Source: Chlamydiota bacterium | GTDB taxonomy: Bacteria > Chlamydiota > Chlamydiia > Chlamydiales > SM23-39 | DNA length: 14,984 bases | Assembly: GCA_048498835.1 (NCBI GenBank) | Contig: JBEHXF010000043.1 | Span: 1-14,984 of the forward strand | Reading direction: 5' to 3' | In this document: in pieces, positions 8,095-14,984 of the stretch | Layout: every line of letters begins with the position of its first letter | Numbering within the stretch: position 1 is the first letter of the stretch | Position numbers and translations under genes: made by a program | Notes under the pieces: generated by a model | What the model was told of the DNA's origin: nothing | Databases searched by the model: none | Seen by the model: only the letters and a program-made list of their open reading frames with translations

Positions 8095-9419
8095 CTTGAG
8101 TCGTCGAGGGCGACAGGGGCGAAGAGATTGACGATGCCGCCGAAGGCGCCTGTTTTTTTGGGGAGGTTTTGTGCAGCGAGAAGTGCGGCGATTTTGGCAG
8201 CGGCGGGACCTGTTTCAATATCAGGATCTTGCGTGGGGCCGCGGATGGGGATCTTGAGGACGTAGTGAGAAGGGAGGTTTTTGAGTCCGAAGGCTTTTGA
8301 GAGGGTGTCGGCGGGAAGGCCGAGAGACATGTCGATTTGATCGCGGGCGAGATTGATGTCGCCCCAGGTGCAAAGATGTACTGAATCGGCGAGGAGGAGG
8401 TCGGTGCGGCCGGTGCGAACTTCACCATCGCGGACGGAGAATTCGACGGGTGTAAACCAGGCGTTCATTTGCTTGAGATTGGAGAGGTTTTCGCTTTTGA
8501 GAAGAGCCATAAGAGAGGCGAGTGAGCGGCCATTGCGAATTTTGATTTGGCCCATGTCAAGGGTGCCCTGCGCGATACGGATCTTTTTGATGTCAAAAGG
8601 AAGCGGGAAAGAAAAGTCTCGATCTGAAAGGCGGAGGAGGACGGGAGTTTTTGATTGGATGCCGGTGAGGAAGAGGGGATTTACGTTCTTGAGGAGTTTT
8701 TCACTGAGCTCTGGCGTAAGAAGAAAGGAAATGAGAAGAGGTCTTTTTAGCGTAATGTTTGTGGATGTAAAAGCGGCGCGGATGGTGGCTTCGGCATTGG
8801 TGGCGGAGAGATTGAGGTCGACGAGGCCAGCGTCATTTTGCACTTGGGCAGATCCGGTACAGTCGAAAGTGGGGCCAAGCGAGGCTGCCAAGAGTCCTTT
8901 GGCATCGAGGAGTCGATCGACAAAAAGAGAGGGGATACGGGTGGCATTTACTTTTAGATCGATGTCGGTGTTGTGGAGCGAGGGATTGGCGGCTGATCCA
9001 TTAATGGTGAATTCACCCGATTGATTTTCTTCACGCGTAACGCCTGTGATATGGACGGTAGCGCCAGAGATGTGAGCGTAGACTCGATCTAGATAAGCGG
9101 GTTGTTTGTTCGGCGCTTGGACATGAAAGGAGCCGTTTTCTAAAACCATCGACCGGCTGAGCTTGGAGAGCGACCAGAAAGGCACTGACCCGGTGAGTTT
9201 ATCGATGTGGCCATCGAGGCCAGGACTTTGGATTTTTACCTTTTTAAATCGCTGAGGGCCAAACCAAGAGAGATCTAGATCGTCGACTTGGATGATCGCT
9301 TGGTAGCGACTCCCGACATAGCCTAGAAAAAGGGATTTAAACGGGCCATGAGAAAAGATAAAGGGGATTGCAGCTCCGATAAAGAGGACAAAAATGAGAA
9401 CGAAGATCCATTTTCTCAT
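8043..9419 (-). CDS. Membrane-anchored beta-rich hypothetical protein, AsmA-like
   Basis: N-terminal signal anchor MRKWIFVLIFVLFIGAAIPFIF, then LSWFGPQ and repeated amphipathic beta strands, ending in IPIRGPTQDPDI, which resembles AsmA-like C-termini. ATGA overlap with the glmS stop. Family assignment is inference. Confidence 0.7.
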   Translation of the reverse strand: MRKWIFVLIFVLFIGAAIPFIFSHGPFKSLFLGYVGSRYQAIIQVDDLDLSWFGPQRFKKVKIQSPGLDGHIDKLTGSVPFWSLSKLSRSMVLENGSFHVQAPNKQPAYLDRVYAHISGATVHITGVTREENQSGEFTINGSAANPSLHNTDIDLKVNATRIPSLFVDRLLDAKGLLAASLGPTFDCTGSAQVQNDAGLVDLNLSATNAEATIRAAFTSTNITLKRPLLISFLLTPELSEKLLKNVNPLFLTGIQSKTPVLLRLSDRDFSFPLPFDIKKIRIAQGTLDMGQIKIRNGRSLASLMALLKSENLSNLKQMNAWFTPVEFSVRDGEVRTGRTDLLLADSVHLCTWGDINLARDQIDMSLGLPADTLSKAFGLKNLPSHYVLKIPIRGPTQDPDIETGPAAAKIAALLAAQNLPKKTGAFGGIVNLFAPVALDDSSDVPPPKRPFPWEKQRQ

Positions 9420-11242
9420 TCAACAGTCACAGATTTTGCGAGGTTGCGAGGCTGGTCGATATCACATCCCCGTTTTTTTGCAATATAGTAGGCGAGGAGT
9501 TGCCCTGCAACGGTTGAAGCAAAAGGGGAGAGCTCATCAATCGTGCGCGGAAGAAAAAAAAGATCGTCTACAATCGAGCTGATTCCTTTCATCCCTTCTG
9601 GCGCAAAAGCGAGAACGGGAGCGCCTCGCGCTTTGACTTCCATCAGATTGCTGGCGATTTTCTCTTCCGTTTTCTTATTGGAGCAAAAGGCGACCACGGG
9701 AAAACTCGTGCTGAGAAGGGCGATGGGGCCGTGCTTCAACTCTCCTGCGGGATAACCGTTGGCATTGACATAGGAAATCTCTTTTAATTTCAAAGCGGCT
9801 TCGAGACTTGTCGTGTACATGTAGCGGCGGCCCATGAAGAAGAAGTTATCGTAGTGGGCATATTTTTGGGCGAGTTTTTCCAGCTCGGGAGCTCTCTCGA
9901 TCACTTGCTGGACATGACCGGGAATTTTTTTTAGCTCGGAATAGAAGGAACGAATTTGTTCTTTTGGCATCCCTCGCAGCTCAGCCATGTAGAGGGCAAA
10001 GAGAGCGAGAACGGCGATTTGTGACGTCAGCGCTTTCGTGGAACAGACACTGATTTCAGGGCCGGCCTTCTGATAGATGCATCCATCGGCCTCCCGTGTA
10101 AGCGTTGAGTTTTTCACATTGCAAAGGCCGAGGACTTTGCAACCGCGCGCTTTTACTTCTCGCACCGCGGCAAGAGTGTCAGCAGTTTCGCCCGACTGGC
10201 TAATTGCAAGGACGAGCGTATCAGGTGTGAGCAGCGGAGTGCGGTAGCGGGCCTCTGACGCAATTTCACAAGTCGAGGGGAGTTTTGCGAGATCCTCAAG
10301 ATAGGTGCAGGCGATCGATCCCGCATGGGCCGAGGTGCCGCACCCGAGAATCCAAACTTGTTTATAAGAGGCTAGCTCTTCCGGAGTAAAATTAAACGAC
10401 TCAAACTCTACTTTCGCAAGTTCATCGTTGAACCTTCCAAAAAAAGCTTTTTGGATCGTGATCGGCTGCTCATAGATCTCTTTGAGCATGAAGTGTTCGA
10501 AGCCGTCTTTGGACAGCGCTTGCGATTCTCCTTGAAGACGCTCGGTTTTTTTCCAAATTTTCTGAGCGACCATATCATAGACGTCGACTTTTCCTTTTTG
10601 GATGTGGGCAATTTCGTGATTGCGCAGAAAAAGTACATCGAGCGTTGCGCCGCTAAAGGCATTCGGGTCAGATGAGATAATCGTTTCGGTTCGCTCTTCG
10701 TTAACGCCGACGGCGAGGGGGCATTCGTGCGCTGCAGCAATGATGGTATCGGGATGATCTTTGTGAATGATCGCCAAAGCATAAATTCCCTTCAATTTGG
10801 GAATTGTTTGTTGCACAGCGCTGAGTAGATCGCCTCGATAATGTTTGGAGATGAGCTGTGCTACGACTTCAGTATCGGTTTCAGAAGTAAATTCGATTCC
10901 TTCGGCTCTCAGCTCTAATCGAAGCAAATCATAATTTTCGATGATTCCATTGTGGACGACTGCTATCGATTGATGTGAATCAAAGTGAGGATGGGCATTT
11001 TCATCATTGACTCTGCCGTGTGTGGCCCACCGCGTGTGTCCAATGACCAATTCCAGATTCTCAAGTCTGAGTTCTCTCTTGAGATTTGATAATTTTCCCA
11101 TCTTTTTACAAGATGCAAGACGCCCTTTGACCACTCCTGCCATGCCTGTCGAATCGTATCCTCGATATTCGAGTTGTTCCAATCCAGCCAAACAAATTTG
11201 CAGAGGATCTTTCGTACCGATATAACCGAAAATTCCGCACAT
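9416..11242 (-). CDS. glmS: Glutamine--fructose-6-phosphate aminotransferase (isomerizing)
   Basis: MCGIFGY catalytic N-terminus fixes the start at 11242. LEYRGYDS, GHTRWATHG, HNGIIEN, SQSGETADT, ELKHGP and C-terminal PRNLAKSVTVE motifs. Confidence 0.98.
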   Translation of the reverse strand: MCGIFGYIGTKDPLQICLAGLEQLEYRGYDSTGMAGVVKGRLASCKKMGKLSNLKRELRLENLELVIGHTRWATHGRVNDENAHPHFDSHQSIAVVHNGIIENYDLLRLELRAEGIEFTSETDTEVVAQLISKHYRGDLLSAVQQTIPKLKGIYALAIIHKDHPDTIIAAAHECPLAVGVNEERTETIISSDPNAFSGATLDVLFLRNHEIAHIQKGKVDVYDMVAQKIWKKTERLQGESQALSKDGFEHFMLKEIYEQPITIQKAFFGRFNDELAKVEFESFNFTPEELASYKQVWILGCGTSAHAGSIACTYLEDLAKLPSTCEIASEARYRTPLLTPDTLVLAISQSGETADTLAAVREVKARGCKVLGLCNVKNSTLTREADGCIYQKAGPEISVCSTKALTSQIAVLALFALYMAELRGMPKEQIRSFYSELKKIPGHVQQVIERAPELEKLAQKYAHYDNFFFMGRRYMYTTSLEAALKLKEISYVNANGYPAGELKHGPIALLSTSFPVVAFCSNKKTEEKIASNLMEVKARGAPVLAFAPEGMKGISSIVDDLFFLPRTIDELSPFASTVAGQLLAYYIAKKRGCDIDQPRNLAKSVTVE

Positions 11243-11323
11243 CCAACAACCGCCGCTTGGGAGGAGATTACCTGAATGCAAGGTTTTTTTTCTAAGAATT
11301 TGATAATGCATTTTTCTATTTTT

Positions 11324-11416
11324 ATCGTTCTATCGTTACATCGCTATATCGTTGTGTTAGTGTGAATATAAAGAGAGGCCTGTGATGGAGCCGACTCAAA
11401 AAACGATATAACGATG
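11324..11416. repeat. 8-bp-periodic ATCGYT repeat array (4 direct + 2 inverted copies) forming a 15-bp inverted repeat
   Basis: ATCG starts at 11324, 11332, 11340 and 11348; CGAT at 11404 and 11412. 11339-11353 matches the reverse complement of 11402-11416 at 14/15. Confidence 0.75.
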
Positions 11417-11425
11417 AAAGAGGAT

Positions 11426-12178
11426 TTAATTGGAGTGGGCGAGGATGGCCATGAAGAGAGGGAATTCTTTTCGAGCGCGATCTTCCATTCGAGCGCGGCC
11501 CCCTTCGCTCTTCTTGTCGGAACACCACTCTTCGATCGCTTCGATTGAAAAACCAAGTTCTCGAAGCCAGCCGGAATAAACACTCAGAGGATTGTGAAAG
11601 GAGTAGGTTGTGGTCGATTCTTGGCCACGGCCCGGTTGCATCTGAATGGGAATTTTCATCGAACTCATGTAGGAGTTCATGCGCCGGTACTGCAATTTCG
11701 CCGCCTCATCCACGCCCCATGCGCTTTGTCTTGGAATACGAAAGGCTGGGTGATTTAAGACGAGGAGGAGTTTGCCCCCTTTTTTCAGGTGCTTTTTAGC
11801 TTGGGCTAGAGCCCCTTTCCCATCTTCCATATTCTGTAGAGAGAGGATAAAGCAGGCGCGGTCAAAGTCTTTCTTCTCAATGGGTAGGTCTTTGGTGGCA
11901 TCGCCCAGAACAAAGCGATAGTCTTTCGACATCTTTTTAGCTTGGTCTAGGAGACCCTTGGCGCTATCCACACCTAGATAGTCGACTCCCTGCGGCAGGC
12001 TTCTAGCTAACACGCCACTTCCACACCCCAGATCGAGGAGTGATTTTCCTTTTAAGTCCAACAGCCTCAAGACGTTGAGTAAAATAACCGCTTGGTGGTA
12101 GTGGTGACCTTTTTCACCGACGAGCTCGCCATACCAACGGTCGGCAGAGTCCCAGGAGCTTTCAGGGGGCTTTTTCAT
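11426..12178 (-). CDS. Class I SAM-dependent methyltransferase, substrate unknown
   Basis: Motif I LLDLGCGSG, motif II YLGVD, FVLGDA, FD(RAC), LKKGGKLLLVLNHP. Confidence 0.9.
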   Translation of the reverse strand: MKKPPESSWDSADRWYGELVGEKGHHYHQAVILLNVLRLLDLKGKSLLDLGCGSGVLARSLPQGVDYLGVDSAKGLLDQAKKMSKDYRFVLGDATKDLPIEKKDFDRACFILSLQNMEDGKGALAQAKKHLKKGGKLLLVLNHPAFRIPRQSAWGVDEAAKLQYRRMNSYMSSMKIPIQMQPGRGQESTTTYSFHNPLSVYSGWLRELGFSIEAIEEWCSDKKSEGGRARMEDRARKEFPLFMAILAHSN

Positions 12179-12213
12179 AGACCTAACAGTATAAAAGACC
12201 CTCTAGTTTTGAT

Positions 12214-12762
12214 CTAGACTTTAACCCAGTCGTCCTCTTCCTTCGTTTCTTGAGGAAGATCTTCGGCTTTAATGATGACTCGATCGAGCTTAGTCTCTGG
12301 ATCAGTGGTGAAGGAGGAAATTTTCTCACCTTTCGGCATCTCCATCCCAGGAAAAGAGGCTTCCCATTCTTCTTTGGTGTATCCTCTTACTAAGTTATCT
12401 TTATTGACGAACCAAGCATCTCCCACAAGTGGGGTATTGGGTCCGTGAGAATAGAGTGTTTTTGCATAGGTAAATGAATCGGGAATGCAGAGATTGCGGC
12501 CAATTTGTTCTTTTGTTTGCTGGTACCACTCAGTTATCTTGGTGTTTAATTTTGCAAGACAAGCACGATCATCTCCTGACATGTGTTTTGTGTGCCAAAT
12601 ATCCATGACTCTTTTCGATAGCGCGCCCAACTGATAGGATCCCGAATAGGAATCGACCGTAACAGGTCTTCCACTGCCCATCACCCAGCAACACTTTGCA
12701 TTCTCCAGTTCTTTCCACAATTTGCTAAATGAATCCTGAGATGGTAATGGGGTTAAGTTCAT
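12214..12762 (-). CDS. Hypothetical protein, paralog of 13453-14010
   Basis: ATG at 12762 preceded by GGAGAG; shares multiple motifs with the 13453-14010 product. Confidence 0.8.
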   Translation of the reverse strand: MNLTPLPSQDSFSKLWKELENAKCCWVMGSGRPVTVDSYSGSYQLGALSKRVMDIWHTKHMSGDDRACLAKLNTKITEWYQQTKEQIGRNLCIPDSFTYAKTLYSHGPNTPLVGDAWFVNKDNLVRGYTKEEWEASFPGMEMPKGEKISSFTTDPETKLDRVIIKAEDLPQETKEEDDWVKV

Positions 12763-12826
12763 CAATGCTCTCCGTTAAGAAAGTGTAAATGCTACTCATC
12801 TCTCCCATATTCGAAAAGAATTTTCT

Positions 12827-13426
12827 TTACCTGTTTCGGTTGTTTCTGGCGGTTTCAGCGAGAGTCACATAGAAATCAAAATGGCCTTGCTTTTTTGCTG
12901 ACCTCAAAAAGTCCTCAAAATTTTTCCATTTGCTGATACAACTTTGAAGACTAGCTTCCCAATGTTTACCCTGAATTGAATCTTCAAAGATTTGGTTTGT
13001 AATGCAATCAGTCTCGTATTCGATCTCTTCAATTTTTGTTGCTGTTTCAATATCTGATTTTATCACCCCATTTTTGATATCTCGTTCGATTTGATCTTTT
13101 CTCTCTTTTTGACTCAAATTAGCCAATTCGAAAATAAAGCTGTGGAGTTTTTCTGCTTGAGGTTGATCGGATCGAATAACGATTTCGCCGGTCTTTGGAT
13201 TGCAGTGAGCCGACTCATTTTCTCTTTTTGTTCCAGCCTCTTCTTTATTGATAAATCGGACAGTAAGGGGTGGAAGTTTTTGATCGGCTCGCTTCTTCTG
13301 CACTCGGTTGAGTAAATCCGATGCGGCTGGTGATTGGCAGACTTTTAAAACGAGCTTCATCAGTTCGTTTTCTTTCAAAAAATAAGCCAGAAATTGAATT
13401 TCTTGGGCCGGTTGAATAGAATTCAT
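12827..13426 (-). CDS. Hypothetical protein with zincin-like FExxN/ExxE pattern
   Basis: 199-codon ORF with AGGAG SD; segments AHCNPKTGEIVIR, HSFIFELAN and IEEIEYE. Fold assignment is inference. Confidence 0.75.
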   Translation of the reverse strand: MNSIQPAQEIQFLAYFLKENELMKLVLKVCQSPAASDLLNRVQKKRADQKLPPLTVRFINKEEAGTKRENESAHCNPKTGEIVIRSDQPQAEKLHSFIFELANLSQKERKDQIERDIKNGVIKSDIETATKIEEIEYETDCITNQIFEDSIQGKHWEASLQSCISKWKNFEDFLRSAKKQGHFDFYVTLAETARNNRNR

Positions 13427-13452
13427 GTTTGCTCCTAAAAAGGGGAGCTATT

Positions 13453-14010
13453 TTAGCTTTGGGGGTGCGATGAAAGCAACCGTTTGTGGTCTTGTTCTTT
13501 AATTACTTTTCGCGGGATAGGATGGTCAGGATCGCTTGAAAATGGTAGTAGATCAAAATCGGCTTTGATGTGGCGCATTTGAATGTTTGGAAACGTTTCT
13601 GCAAATTCCTGATCCGAATAAGCTCGAAAGAGATTCTTCCTATTGAAATACCAGCAATTACCGTATAGCTTTGATGGATCTCGTCTTGATGGCACAGCTA
13701 TCCCTAGCAAGATGCCATTCCAGGGAGCGGCAACGCCACAAAGCTGCTCATTTGTATCTTTGTACCATTTGAATAACTTTTGATCGATCTCGGCTAACGC
13801 TTTTCGTTCAGGAGCTGTCATATGTGTTGTATGCCAAATTTCCATGACACGACCTGTGAGATTCAAGAATTGATACGATCCTGAATAACCGGCGACTTCT
13901 ACGGGCCGGCCTCGAAATAACTTTCGGGTGCAGGTTGCGGCACGGAGAATGTTGGCCATTTCTTGGAAGGATTCGATAGAGGAGAGCGGGGGTAAAGCTG
14001 GTTGACTCAT
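13453..14010 (-). CDS. Hypothetical protein, paralog of 12214-12762
   Basis: 185-codon ORF with GGAG SD; shared motifs GRPVxVxxYSGSYQ and RVMxIWHTxHM. Confidence 0.8.
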   Translation of the reverse strand: MSQPALPPLSSIESFQEMANILRAATCTRKLFRGRPVEVAGYSGSYQFLNLTGRVMEIWHTTHMTAPERKALAEIDQKLFKWYKDTNEQLCGVAAPWNGILLGIAVPSRRDPSKLYGNCWYFNRKNLFRAYSDQEFAETFPNIQMRHIKADFDLLPFSSDPDHPIPRKVIKEQDHKRLLSSHPQS

Positions 14011-14190
14011 GGACGACTCCGTAAAATTGCGGCGAAATTTTACGGATTGGATGAATTGATGAGAAGATTTTTTAGAAGCGATCGTAAATCTTCAATTCAG
14101 ATTGAGGGGATATACGAAAAAATATCAGCGCAGAGGAAAAGCAGAGGCGCTGAGACGCAGAGAAGAAATGAGAAAGTGATCAAAATCGAG

Positions 14191-14984
14191 TTAGATCTTC
14201 CAATGCGGTTTTCTAAGGCGGTAGATGAGGAAGGGGGTGGCGCAGAAGAGGAGGGTGCCGCCGATGAGGAGCGACTCAAAGCGGATGAGGCTGCCGGTAT
14301 CGAGCTGGCTGGGAGGGAAAAAACCGAGGAAGAAGCCGAAGGCAGAACCGAAGATGCCGATGAGCGAAGTGATCCAGAGGCCTTTGAGGCCGCCCGGAAC
14401 TTGGTAGATCCGTTCTACGTGTGGTTGATGGTGACGTAGGCGAAGCGCTGCGATAAACATGAGGATGTACATGACCATGTAGAGGATGGAGGCCATGGCG
14501 ACGAAAATCCAATAGGAACTGTTTACAGAGGGCATGAAGAGGAAAATCATGGAGAGGAGGGTGACGATGATCGCCTGAGTGATGAGGATGTTGGTGGGCA
14601 TGCCGTGGCGGTTGACTTTGTGGAAAATGGGAGGGAGGTCGCCATGTTCAGCTGTTGCGAGGAGGCCGCGACTCGGGCCGACGATCCAGGTGCTCATCAT
14701 GCCGAGCGCGCCAAAGGTCATGATCGCAGCGATGAGGGGAGTGGCCCAGGGCATCTTCAAGACGATGAAGAGCGAGCGAAAGGCTTCCATCGCGCCAGAG
14801 GCGAGTTCAATTTGTTTGACTGGGACAATTGCGCTGATAGCTAGAGAGCCAAAGACGGAGAAGGCGATGATGAGGAGAGTGGAGAGAAAGATGGCGCGTG
14901 GATAATCGCGGCGTGGGTGCTCGACGTCGCGAGCGTGCACCGCTGACATCTCCATTCCAGCGAGTCCGAGGAGAACGCCAGAGA
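14191..14984 (-). CDS. APC-superfamily amino acid permease, GadC/YjeM-like; 5' end lies outside the window
   Basis: Frame stays open to the window edge (SGVLLGLAGMEMSAVHA, TM6 GxE motif). PRRDYPRAI, WIVGPSRGLLATAEHGDLP, NRHGMP and RIYQVPGG motifs, with several transmembrane helices. Confidence 0.9.
   Translation of the reverse strand, partial: SGVLLGLAGMEMSAVHARDVEHPRRDYPRAIFLSTLLIIAFSVFGSLAISAIVPVKQIELASGAMEAFRSLFIVLKMPWATPLIAAIMTFGALGMMSTWIVGPSRGLLATAEHGDLPPIFHKVNRHGMPTNILITQAIIVTLLSMIFLFMPSVNSSYWIFVAMASILYMVMYILMFIAALRLRHHQPHVERIYQVPGGLKGLWITSLIGIFGSAFGFFLGFFPPSQLDTGSLIRFESLLIGGTLLFCATPFLIYRLRKPHWKI

Noticed and set aside
11243..11311. 23-aa N-terminal extension of GlmS in the ORF track
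   Set aside because: GlmS needs Cys as the first residue after Met removal, so the start is MCGIFG at 11242.
11324..11416. CRISPR array
   Set aside because: Repeat units are 8 bp with no unique spacers, and there are no cas genes in the window.
11243..11425. Canonical glmS ribozyme
   Set aside because: No recognisable conserved ribozyme core on the sense strand by eye; an Rfam scan would be decisive.
627..14905. Numerous overlapping short or antisense ORFs (e.g. 1669-2238, 4672-5382, 7970-8428, 8353-9024, 14002-14439)
   Set aside because: They overlap well-supported genes, have low-complexity translations and are explained by codon bias.

Overview
Bacterial chromosomal window, probably from an environmental Chlamydiota genome (inferred from gene style and the orphan, effector-like ORFs; not verified by search). 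The housekeeping backbone is rimO plus an RlmI-like methyltransferase (+), fbaB plus an NTF2/SnoaL-like ORF (+), and on the minus strand a GadC-like APC permease (partial), a class I SAM methyltransferase, glmS and an AsmA-like gene. Three AT-richer accessory patches interrupt it: a divergent orphan pair (2828-4686), a Bro-N gene plus an NYN/PIN ribonuclease gene (6274-8042), and three short orphan ORFs, two of them clear paralogs (12214-14010). The most notable structure is the NYN cassette. It has its own sigma70-type promoter, then a ~70-nt two-hairpin RNA ending in an intrinsic terminator before the start codon, which is the layout of type III-like RNA-antitoxin/RNase-toxin loci. The cassette is bracketed by ~52-bp direct repeats of the AsmA-like gene's 3' end, and the distal copy has decayed. 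An 8-bp-periodic repeat array forming a 15-bp inverted repeat lies upstream of glmS.
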